Assembly (NCBI RefSeq): GCF_964355755.1
Contig: NC_092670.1
Location: 16,044,795 to 16,108,794, forward strand
Reading direction: 5' to 3'
Length of the DNA: 64,000 nt
From: Antedon mediterranea
Lineage: Eukaryota > Animalia > Echinodermata
The translations under genes and the position numbers were made by a program. Below are positions 51,950-63,340 of the stretch, piece after piece (the first letter of the stretch is position 1; each line of letters begins with the position of its first letter). The notes under the pieces are model-generated. The model had not been told where the DNA came from. It made no database searches and saw only the letters and a program-made list of their open reading frames with translations.

Positions 51950-54900
51950 ATGTCTTCAGAGCTGACAGACACAGGAGAACTATATTCTCCACTGGTACAT
52001 ACAACCTGTCTAATAATCATTAGTACTTAGTAGTACTACTAGGCCAGGCCTAGCTAGGCTAAGTTATTAGTAATAGAAGTATAGTGTTGATGACTTGTGT
52101 AGCTAGCTAGGGTTCTCTAGCTAGTAGTAGGCTAGGCCAGGCCAATAGAGAGTGCCGTGTAAGCCAGAGGATGGTACTGTAGTGTAGTATGTAGGCCTAC
52201 TAGGGTACTAACTCTAATATTAGGGTCTAAAGTAGGCTATATGGCCATTTATAATGAAGTGACTATAACCTCGGCATGGTCAACCATTCATGTAAGAACT
52301 TTAATTTATTATTATTTATTTTTCTTGCAGCCGGTATTAGCGGGACGTATTAGCCTACGTCACTTAATTTTAAAAATGTTAAATTAAATGTACAGTATAC
52401 ATTACTATTACCAGTATTTGTGTTTTTAATATATTTTCAGGTTGGTCTGGTGTACATATTTAACCTGATTGTTGGCACAGGTGCATTAGCTTTGCCAAAA
52501 GCTTTCTGGGAAGGTGGATGGGTCATCAGTCTTCTTGTGATTGTGATGCTAGCTTTCATGAGGTGCTTATGTGGTTTAATATACAGTATACTATATGCAT
52601 ATACAGTACATTGACTATTACAAAACTAGCATTTTTCACTAGGGGTGTATGTTGCATTCTCCCAATGTCTAAGGCATTAAGAAAACTAACTTTTTACCTC
52701 AATAGAATGTTTTCGTTTTAGTTTTTTGACAGTTACTTTTATGGTGGAGGTTATGTCTGCTTCTAATGCTGTGTTGAGGTACAGAAGAAAAGAGAAACAA
52801 AAAGAAGTAATTTAGAAAATTATTACTTTCCAATCATCAAATTGAAACTCAGTTTGGTCTAATTCATTCATGAAATGAATTTTATTATCATAGATATTGT
52901 CTACTACTTTCTTTGTTGGTACTGTACTGCTATCCCTGGCTTGAAACCTATACGAATGATTGCGCTTTTTTCTGTTATTGTTCTTCCTGTAAAATCTATT
53001 TAAAATAAACAATCAATTTTTTCTGTAGCTTGAAGACTCTGAATCCAGTTCCAATGAAGAAGTTGAGAATTTAATGCGTGATAGTGACAACGAAGAAAAG
53101 CAAAGATTATTAAAAGACCAGGCTACTGAGATTACACACTCGCATATCAATTCTGGCAGTGAGTAAAATAAAATTTTTACTTTAGTTTAGTTTGTGCATG
53201 GGATATGAGCATGCTATCATTTCTTATTGTGGAACAGTACTGTAAATGGTTGTATTTTTATCAAATTATTTCGAATTTGAACAATACCATGTGGTCTAAT
53301 GGTTGCAGATCAAGCAGAAGGTTGCGTGTTCGAATCTTAGTTGGGGTGACTTTTTCTCATTCAGATCATTTTCATTGATTAAATTTCAGTATATCACCAG
53401 CTGGTTTAGAATTTATTCTGTGCCTGTGATGACTTTTTCTGAATGCTATACTGCTATATATGCTATATATGCTATACTGCTATATATGCTATACTGCTAT
53501 ATATGCTATGCTATACTGCTATATATGCTATACTGCTATATATGCTATACTGCTATATATGCTATACTGCTATATATGCTATATGCTATATATGCTATAC
53601 TGCTATATATGCTATACTGCTATAATGCTATACTGCTATATATGTTTTTTCCACTTTAGGAGTATATCGCCCTCATCACACTGATCTGTTTGAAATTACT
53701 GAACGAGTTGAGATGGGCAAAATGGTATCTCTCTTCTTTAATAAAGGTTTGTGCATCACCTTATTACATTGTTTATTTCTTGCCTAGCTTACATGGATAA
53801 ATCAACAATAGCCCTTCTCCTCGAAAAGCGAAATATAACTTTAAAAATAGGAGTTTTCATTGAACCTCCCTCGTCACAAATGGTATAATCCATGAACTAT
53901 GCCTTCAAGTGAGAGCCACCTTACAAACCACCATCATCATTTCTTTTTAACACATGGAAGAGTAACACGTCTTTAAAGAGCTTGCACAGTGGTTTGCTAC
54001 TGTATATTCTTATTTATATACTATTTTTACTATAGTTTGTGGAGATATTTTTACCATAGTGAATTTACACGGGATCAGCCTTACTGAATATTACAATCTC
54101 TTTAGATCACAAGAAGGCTTTAAAAATGTAAAAAGGGTTGCTTCAAGTTTCATCACCCTCTTTCTCCAAAATTCTGGGATTACACAGTTCTCTTGTCTTT
54201 TGTGAAAAACTAGTACATTTGTAACATGCCTACTCCTAATCACTAATGTAAGACTGAGTATGAGTAGTTTTATCATATTTGTAGGATATACATATTTATT
54301 TTATTTTCCAGTGGGTAGAGCATTGTTCTACATTTGTTTGGTTGTATACTTATATGGTGATCTTGCCATTTATGCTGTGGCCGTGCCAAAATCACTTATG
54401 AATGTGACATGGTAAGATTATGATTTTATGTTTATTCTTATGTTGAACATTCCTCAATCTCTCCACACGGTGGACCCTATTTTGCTATCTATAAATAGAG
54501 GTCACCTTCGGGATCCAACAAAGTGTCCCTTTAATAACAGTGTCTGCTTAATAACAGTGTCCCTTTAATAACAGTGTCCCTTTAATAACAGTGTCCCTTT
54601 AATAACAGTGTCTGCTTAATAACAGTGTCCGCTTAATAACAGTGTCCCTTTAATAACAGTGTCCCTTTAATAACAGTGTCCCTTTAATAACAGTGTCTGC
54701 TTAATAACAGTGTCCGCTTAATAACAGTGTCCCTTTAATAACAGTGTCCCTTTAATAACAGTGTCCCTTTAATAACAGTGTCTGCTTAATAACAGTGTCC
54801 GCTTAATAACAGTGTCCCTTTAATAACAGTGTCCCCCCTAGGGATTGGCTGTAGTGTATATTTCCCTTGTTTCACAAGGTGTCCCCTGATCAGGGTTATC

Positions 54901-56155
54901 CCAAAAGGGGAGGTTCCTATACACTGTAGTTTTTAATAGAACGTCAATTTTTTGAAAATCTGTACTTATAATTTGTTTCCATAGTAATATTGAAGGTGAT
55001 GATGTATCAAAGTCTTGTTGGAAAGGAAAATCTATTAATAAGATGAATGTATATAGAATATATTTGGTACGTATTCATATAAAGAGTGTAAATAAAAATG
55101 CCACATAGATTACATAACTTTTGTGATGTACAGTACTAAAAATCTTGTAACTTTCTTTTCCAGACACTTTTTGCATTACTTCTTGGTCCGTTTGTTTTCT
55201 TTAACGTACAGAAAACAAAATATTTACAATACTTTACGACTGTTATGCGCTGGCTAGGTAAGCATTTTATTTACAACTTGTCTATAAGATTAGAAACAAA
55301 GCTTTGCCATTTAAAATCATGTCTCACAAATCCTTTTAAATTTTATTCAAGTTCACAACTTTTACAGATCATTCAACTCATTTATGTTTTTCTTTTAAAC
55401 CGTGACCTCTAGCATTTGGTACAATGATCATCGCAGCATTAGTTGCCATAGCAAATGGAAAAGGAGAAGGAAAACCAAGTAAATTCAGTAACATTACAAA
55501 CGTGGCCAATTTGTTTGGAGTGTCAATCTACTCATTTATGTGTCATCATTCTCTACCGTCTCTCGTCTCGCCGATACGCAACAAGAATAAACTCACAAAG
55601 CTCTTTGCGTTCGACTATCTCTTAATTCTGGCATTCTACGTATTTCTGTGTATGTCTGCTATATTCTGCTTCGCAAACATTGAAGACTTATACACACTTA
55701 ACTTCTCAGACAGCACAGTAATGCCAATCAAATTTTTCCAATACTTTTTAGGTTTATTTCCAGTTTTTACGCTTAGTGCGAGTTTTCCAATAATAGCTAT
55801 AACACTTCGTAATAATTTAAAAACACTTTTCTCAGGCTACGGGCAAACGCGGCTGGGTAGATTTATATTCCCGATACTTACGGTTCTTCCTCCCGTTGCT
55901 GTAGCCTATGGAACGATTGATGTTGAGTTTCTTGTGAGTTTTACAGGATCTTACGCTGGTGCCACCATTCAATACGTTTTCCCATCACTGCTCGTGTATT
56001 ATTGTCGTAAAAAGACGAAACGTTATCTAGGCGATCAAAAATATCATCAACATACGTCACCGTTTAAGAACTTTCTCTGGATTGTGTTTGTCAACATATG
56101 GTGTATTGTTTGCATTGCATTGGTAACATATTACCATATTACCAGGAAACATTAA
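51950..56155 (+). CDS. TMEM104: Transmembrane protein 104 (amino-acid transporter-like), 9 exons, about 495 aa
   Basis: Exons 51950-51994, 52441-52562, 52722-52806, 53029-53158, 53660-53746, 54312-54411, 54985-55066, 55164-55257, 55413-56155 (1488 nt in frame). Motifs TGELYS..VGLVYIFNLIVGTGAL, FEITERVEMG, YLYGDLAIYA, FFNVQKTKYLQ, YSFMCHHSLPSL. Confidence 0.95.
53286..53350 (+). mobile_element. Degenerate tRNA-derived SINE head
   Basis: A-box-like TGGTCTAATGG, B-box GTTCGAATC. Confidence 0.4.
53442..53644. repeat. Compound micro/minisatellite ATGCTATACTGCTAT(AT)n
   Basis: About 200 bp of roughly 17-bp units in TMEM104 intron 4. Confidence 0.9.
54522..54838. repeat. 17-bp minisatellite, 18 units with an 85-bp higher-order repeat, inside a family T MITE (about 54466-54926)
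   Basis: Units AGTGTC(CCT/TGC/CGC)TTAATAAC in the order A B (A A A B C)x3 A. Confidence 0.9.
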
Positions 56156-56333
56156 CAAGTAAATGTATTGGCCTGCAGTACAAAATACACTACTTATTAT
56201 GCATAATTGATAAAGAAATTCTGTAAAATTTTAATAAGCTTTTTTTAATTACAAACAAGCAGGGAAAAGTGGAATTACATTATTATTATTATTGTAATTT
56301 CACTCTTCCCTTCAAACGAGTAATGTGTAGTAA

Positions 56334-56449
56334 AGCTCTGTCTACACTATCAAACTTTATGTGACAAAAAAATGTGATGTGCCCATAATGGACATGATGA
56401 TGACATACACCACTTTTTGTCAAACTGGTTTGATAGTGTAGACAGATGT
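56334..56449. mobile_element. Family A MITE in the TMEM104 3' region
   Basis: Family A TIRs, TAA/TAA. Confidence 0.7.
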
Positions 56450-56948
56450 TAAGGTATTGCTTATGAAAACATCAATGCAAATGTTTAATTTGGTAGATAT
56501 AGCTGTATTTGTACTAACTGTACAACACATAATATTTTCATTCTTTAATTCAAGAGCAAATTGCAAAGTTTTAAATTTGATAATATTTTAAGTACATGTT
56601 TGTTCATGACAATATTAATGAACTCAGATATTATTACAGTGAGGCATTATATGAATTCCTATTTGTGTTATTTTAAAAAGTTATAATAAATTTTTGTCAT
56701 ACGGTTTACAAATTACTTTTGTTTAAATAATGTATGAGTTGTGGCAATGAGGATGCAGGTTCAAGATAATATTTATAAAATCAATATAATGTTGAAAGTT
56801 TGCATAAAAAAACACTAAAAGTAGCACAAATAGTCACTATAAATCATATTTAATGTACAGTATTTACAGTATGTATAAAACCATTTTAAATTTCAATAAT
56901 CACATTAATATATACAATTCTCAGTGATAAGTAATTCAACAATGACTT

Positions 56949-59652
56949 TCAACTTTTATCGGACGATTCACTTCTTGGTGTTGTCGTGCTTTTCTGTAGC
57001 GGTTTCTGGGGTGGTGAACTATGAACTCTGCCATGCCGTAACAGGAACTCGCTGCCACGTCGATTCCTTTCATCATCTGGTACAGGAGTTTCGTGAACTC
57101 GCCAGAAATTCTCCACCTTTCTGCGGATATCTTCATTCTCCTCGCGAAGTTCTTTCTGCCAAATACGAAGTTCCTGAACTTCCTCTTGTCTTCGTACCTA
57201 CAAAAATAATTTAAAATTACAAATTATTAATATCAATGAAATTTTTTAATGAATCATACCATGAAACCATCATACTCTATTCTGAGCTACACTCACCAGA
57301 TATCCTCTCCAGAATGACTGGATTACTATTGCAGCTTCTTCTTCTGTCCAGATCAACGACAATGGTAGAGCCGGTCTTGGACTGAAAGACAAAGAATATC
57401 AATAATTATTATTAATAACAACGTTCAACAGTCTTTAGTGCGCATGTGTGGATAATTGAAAATTGTGATAATGATGCAGTTTAAGCTGTCTACACTATCA
57501 AACTATTTTAACAAAAAAAGTGTAATATGCCCAAATATGGTAGTGATACACCCAAATATGACATCCATATATGGGCACATCACATTTTATTGTCACAAAG
57601 TTTGATAGTGTAGACATAGCTTTAGCTTATTATTGTTAATATATGCTACCATAATATGTTTTCAAAATCAGTATTGTAATTTTTAAAACTGTAAAAACAT
57701 TTTTATAAACCCACCATTCTTCTAATATTTTCTGAACAAATGGAATATCATGTAGCTGATCATTCTCTCGTCCACATTTGTACGGATTGTGTCTAGAAAT
57801 AAAAACAACTGAATTGTCAACATAAACTTTAATGAATAAGAAACAAAGTTCAAACAGCACCCTCCAGGCTACAATATATGAGTTATAATAATAAGCATGT
57901 TTGGTTTTGTAAATATGGAATAGATAAAATATTAAATAAGACAAATTAGTTAAAGCACAACACTTACTTCCAAAGGTATTCTGTCAAGAAGTCACAGCCA
58001 TTAAATCTAAATCTTTTGCGCTAAAAAAAAGATGAACAAAAACTCATAATACTTTTTAGGATATATAATGCTTATTTATCTGCTGACCTAGTGTGTACCA
58101 CCTGAGCCAAGGAGCCGTGGTGTAACATAGAGCCAACCTCCCCCCGCCCCCAATAGGCTCCGGGGCCCCCTGGGTTTAGCCAGTGAGCCATTGCCAAGGA
58201 GACAATACTATTAGTTGATACTTGCAAGATAGCATAACAGGATAGGATTTAAACATCTAAGCTACTGTATCATTAACAAAACAACAAACTACTATTAAAT
58301 TACACATGGACCGCATAATTATTTTTTATTAAAATATACTGTACCTCAAAACATCTTTCGTTTTTAGCTTCCATAAGCATTTCCAACATTGCTTGAAGCA
58401 ACACAGGAAAAATGTAACTTTCTAAATATTCCCTTGGGCTACCTGAAAACAAATCAATATCAAATAATCAAAATTGTATTCAGTATTCATAAATTACAGT
58501 CAAACCCCTATTAAGGGGACACCTTTGAGACCCAACATAATGTCCCTTTAATAGTGAGTGTCCCCTGAAGAGAGAGGTAGGCCTTATGAAAGTTGCCCCT
58601 TAAGAAGGGTGTGCCATGAGGACAGAGTAGTACTGACTTTTGTCTTCTGCGAACATTTTAATAAAGTATTATGAATTCTAAATTTGTTGATGGAGAAAAT
58701 ATGTACAACAAATATCTTACATGTTTCTTTTGGAGGTAGTGACGGGGGTAGTGGTGAGGGTGTTTTGGGAGGTTTCTCCAGCTGTGTGTGGCCTACAAAT
58801 GCTGGATGTGACTTAGCGGGATCAAATTCCGTCATGACTTCTGAATCAACTGGAACTGGTTCAGCCATGTGGCCGAACATGACTGGTGTGTGACATGATG
58901 GGTCAAAGTCAATTATCTCTGTAGCAACAGACTCTGTGTCATCATCATTATTGGTGTTAAACGGTGGACGCATTGCTGCAAACTCTGAAAAAATATAAAC
59001 AACAAAAATGTGGTTGGATGAATGAATATTAGCAATTAGAATCTATTATTATAATTATAATCTAATTTTAACAGTTTTATGATTGTTCTGAAACCAAACC
59101 ACACCTGGGCCACATAAGGATGGCTCTATTATTAGGCCTATATTAAACCAGGGAGTTCCTAGGCTAGGCCTTTCTTCGATATAGGCCCTTTAGGCAGAAT
59201 ACAATACTATAGTTCTCAATCGCACCTCTCTCTGAAGCAGTGTGCTAGGTAGGAAGGAGGCTGCTTACCTAACCTGGACTAGCCTACGCCTAGCTAGAGG
59301 GCCTAGCTAGTAGTAGTCCGTAGGCCTTCCATCCTCCTAGCCTAGCTAGATACTACTACTAGGCTACTACTAGCTATGCCTAGCCTAGGCCTAGGATATG
59401 CTAGGCTAGGTCTAGGCTAGGCTAGTAGGTCCCGGCTAGTACAGGTAGGCTAGGCCCTATAAGAATTACCCCCTATAATAGAGTAGGCCTAGCCTAACCT
59501 ACCTAAGGCTAGGCTAGGCCTAGAGTGCCAGGCCTAGTTTTAAGAAAGTAGCAAGCAATAACGCTATATTTTGATAACATGTATTACTTACCCTTACATA
59601 TTACATCCCATAAATTTGGTTCTTGTCTTTTTCCAATAACTGCAGACATCAT
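56949..59652 (-). CDS. IQCK: IQ domain-containing protein K, 7 exons, about 295 aa
   Basis: Exons 59652-59592, 58984-58721, 58442-58345, 58020-57968, 57792-57715, 57381-57297, 57197-56949 (888 nt in frame). NLWDVICKEF, TCSPREYLESYIFPVLL, CFERKRFRFNGCDFLTEYL, PLSLIWTEEEAAIVIQSFWRG (IQ motif), EVQELRIWQKELRE. Confidence 0.92.
57484..57621. mobile_element. Family A MITE copy
   Basis: Family A TIRs, TTA/TTA. Confidence 0.7.
58115..58193. mobile_element. 79-bp hAT-type MITE (relative of the 13000 family)
   Basis: 8-bp TSD CCAAGGAG (58107-58114, 58194-58201); contains CTGGGTTTAGCCAGTGAGC, the reverse complement of the family's subterminal motif. Confidence 0.65.
58497..58582. mobile_element. Family T MITE remnant
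   Basis: TA|CAGTCAAACCCCTATTAAGGGGACACC..TGTCCCTTTAATAG..GTGTCCCC. Confidence 0.55.
59130..59536. repeat. CTAG/TAGGCCTA-rich low-complexity island in IQCK intron 1
   Basis: Dense overlapping CTAG, TAGGC and GCCTA words, e.g. CCTAGCCTAGGCCTAGG and GCTAGGCTAGGTCTAGGCTAGGCTAG. Confidence 0.75.
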
Positions 59653-61053
59653 AAATGCTAACGTAAAATTGCATAAAAAATATTAATCTGTTGCTAAGCC
59701 GTGTGTTTTTGTGTTTGCTTTGCTCGGATTAATAAAGAGGGCGCAATCACATTTTTGCTATTTTTTTCTGGCCATAATGTCACTCGATCGCCCAACCGGC
59801 GCCAGGTGTGATGAGATGTACCATCCACCAGCACGTGTATGATGATAGATGGATGGATATTGTTTCTGATTGGTCAATAGTTCATTTTTCGGCGGCGCGG
59901 GATGACTTTAATATTGCCCACATCAACAAAATGTTTATTATTTGGATTTCACTACAAAACAGTGGCACATTAAAGTACAAAAAGTGTATCCTTTTAAAAA
60001 ATCATTAAATACAAAACTTTAAAAGTATCATACGGAAAAAAATGTACAATACGGTAATGCACTAGGCCTACTCTAGTTAGAAGGTCCTACTGACTAGGCG
60101 AAAATAATTACTTATAATACAGCAATAATATATTGTATTGCATAATTGTTGCTAAATATGCAATGATTTATATATCAAAATTATGGTAAAATAGATTTGA
60201 ATTGATGGTATATATACGTACACAGCCTGCCTACCGAGAACTTTTTCTACTCTGTTTACCGACGCGTATCGAAGTGACGTACAATACATACACTGCCTGC
60301 TCAATAAAAATGACGCCACTAAGCACCATGACGTGTCCCGTTTAGGCCAATCAAATCAAACGTATTAACGTATTATATTACAGCAGCAAAGATATACAAT
60401 GCAGTATACATCAATAGTCGTTCTTATGGTGTTAATCGACAGATGACACATAGCGTGAAAATGGCGTTCATTGTGTGCTAGGCCTAGATTGATAGCGTTA
60501 TCAAAGACAACTGTCGACGGCGTCTAGGCCTAGTGTGTGGTCGTACGGGAGCTACACTTTCACAAGCGCGGCGGCTAACTAAGCGTCTAACTATACTACA
60601 GTACTAGAAAATTGATTGGCCTTACATGTTTTAGTAGTGATTCTACCAGTAAGTTTGGCATGTTATAACTATAGACGCTAATTTACAAATGTCTTGTTTT
60701 TGTCATAAATAAGTAGTTAGGCCTAAGCCTACTGGAGAAATAGTATGAACAGGGAGGGAGCAGTCGGGTATATAAAAATAATATTAGTAAAGCCTATTGT
60801 TGTATCACAGGAGATCTCCCTGTTAGCTATTTGTTTTTTAATCCATGGCTATTGTCATGTTATTGAAATAACATTAAAGATTTGTTGTCCCGTGATAAAA
60901 TAATTTGTTTAAAATGTTTTTGTTAAATATCTGCCATTTTAATGTATCATAATAGTTATTCTTTTTTTTTTTGGGGGGGGGGGGGTCGACAATACCAGTA
61001 CATCTTTAAGCTTTGTTTTCAGATTGCATCGCGATATTCTAAATTGGAACAAA

Positions 61054-63137
61054 ATGTACAAAATATGGAGTAGAAATCGGATGCAGAAAAAGTCTATTGT
61101 AGCAAATAGCATGATAGAGTTGGTAACGAAGGGTAAGTATTATTAGTTAAAACATAGTCAATAGAAAGCTATGGTTAAAGTTTGTTTATACTACGGGTGC
61201 GGCAAAATTACGCTAATTGATGTGTGACGTAGTTTGCCGCGCCCTATACGCGTTTAGCATTAAAAGAATCAAGCAAACTTTAGTTTTTGTAACTAAACAA
61301 CCTTGCATGTCAAGCTCTGTTTACACTATCAAACTTGATGTGATGTGCCCATATATGGACATGATGATGTCTTACGACTACCATATTTGGGATCATCACT
61401 ACCATTTGGGCACATCACATTTGTTTGTCAAACTAATTTGATAGTAGTTTAGACAGAAAGTTAACACTAACCTGTATTCAGGGCCGTAGTCATGTCTGAA
61501 AGGTCCCAGGGGGTGGTGCAAGGTCATGCTGTGCCTTCAAATACTTAGTGTGTGTTAGATGTGTATGTTCTCCGGGAACTGTCGATTGTTTTTCATCATT
61601 CACTCAGTATTTTGTTTTGATTGCGTTCAATTTAAGTTGGTTCGATGCGATCGTACGTACGCATTGACAACAATGCAATGCAAGATATTCTGCAACGGGT
61701 GATTTCCCTTTGTCATCGGTGACTCAGCTCTGCGAATGTTTGTGCGCTTGGAGGGTTCGCCCGAATTATTATTATCATTCATATTCGTTCAAATATTTAA
61801 TATTGGACTATATATTTGATTTGTAGGGAAAAGAAAACTCGATGTCACTGGTCCAGTGACCGTAGTCATGGAGGAGGATGGGACAGAAGTGGATGATGAC
61901 GAAGTTTTACAGGAACTTAAAGGAACTCGTTTGATTATTCTGCCTGATGGGCAGCAATGGATCCCTCCTGGCGCGCATGAGGAAGGCATGGCTAATAATC
62001 TACCAGTAGTCACACGTAAACCTCCTTCTGTACACCCGATCCGATGCAGCATGCCTATGATCGAAGATGTAGGAAATGAGCTATTGATGATATCACCAAT
62101 CCAATTAGGCAATGATAATATTCAAATTAAACAAAAGAAAAATAGAGGTAACCGTGCGTTTTATTCAGACTAAAATAACCATGTTGTACATTGCTTTCCT
62201 TCTTTATTCCTTCGTTTGATCATCCGCGCGCTCGACGTGCACTGTATATTTTCTTCTTAATAGCTATACAGGTATCCAATCTAACCACACAAATATGATG
62301 TTTCTATCTTGTTTAAGCTACGTTCACACCAAGCCCGGATCCGGTCCGGTGGCTGGAGAAAAAATCATGGAAAATGGGTATAAGTGTTAAAGAATAGAAG
62401 CGTTCACATCAAATCCGTCCGGATTTCGTACGATTTTTCTCCGGTGGACGGATTCGGAGTGATGGATTTGGAAGCCATTTCATTTGTAAAATCGTACAGA
62501 TTTTTTCTTCTGACCAATCAGCGTTGAGTACTATGACCTTTATGATGTTTTTATCGTGTTTATCCACAGATCCGAAATGTCCGATCGAGTTACCTAACTT
62601 TTCACCAACTGTAGTCTTCCATTTAAAAAACGGTACACCAGAACATGTATGGGAGAAGATGATATCGGAGGCTGGTGAATTTTACATGCATTCTTCGACA
62701 CCTGATCTTAATTTAACCTACCAATACCAGAGGGTTGGTGAATCAATGTATAGAATGTACCCATCGATTGGACAAGGTGGACAACACCCATGGGTGAGAC
62801 AAAGTTTCTTTAGACGCACATTCGTTGATGCACATAGCTATTCATTATGCTTATTATTCAATCATTTTGTTATTTTCAGAGTCGATTCACCTCCAATCTG
62901 AGCCGCAGAATGCGTCACATCCGATGGAAAAGGAAGAAAAATGCTATCCTTGGCAAAACATCATCATCAAGACATAAATTTTTAATGACGTCACCAAATA
63001 CAACCCCGCCGATCAACGGCGATGAACCAATCATAGAGTACGAAACTAATGTTGAAGAGGAAATAAGGAAACAGATTACAAAGTTGGAAACAGAGGAAGA
63101 GGAGGAGGATGTGTCACCAGAAGCGTGTGTGTTGTAA
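61054..63137 (+). CDS. CIDE-N (CAD) domain protein with a SAMD3-like helical domain, 4 coding exons, about 293 aa
   Basis: Exons 61054-61132, 61827-62147, 62570-62793, 62880-63137 (882 nt in frame). CIDE-N: YKIWSRNRMQKKSIVANSMIELVTKGKRKL..VTVVMEEDGTEVDDDEVLQEL..LIILPDGQQW; AATAAA directly after the stop. Confidence 0.8.
61312..61461. mobile_element. Family A MITE copy
   Basis: AGCTCTGTTTACACTATCAAACT left TIR and family A interior. Confidence 0.65.
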
Positions 63138-63340
63138 ATAAAGTAACGTGTATATTACTATTCGTAAATATTGATGTTTGTTGTTGTGCAGGCGAAGGAG
63201 ATTTAAAACAAGAATAATAGATACATTATACAACATTAAAACATTTATTAGCACATTAAGTAGGCCTACAGTTTTACTATAGTAGTCGATTATGTAGTTT
63301 GAATAGCCAGAACATTACTGCTAAGTTACTCCAAGTATCA

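Noticed and set aside
53303-53684. Three overlapping ORFs (118, 60 and 74 aa)
   Set aside because: Translations of a simple repeat within TMEM104 intron 4.
54522-54838. Possible CRISPR array
   Set aside because: Contiguous 17-bp units with no spacers.
56936-57136. 66-aa - strand ORF as the IQCK C-terminus
   Set aside because: Wrong frame; the spliced IQCK frame ends at TGA 56951-56949.
63123-63137. CaaX prenylation motif at the end of the CIDE-N protein (ACVL*)
   Set aside because: Cys is third from the end, not fourth.
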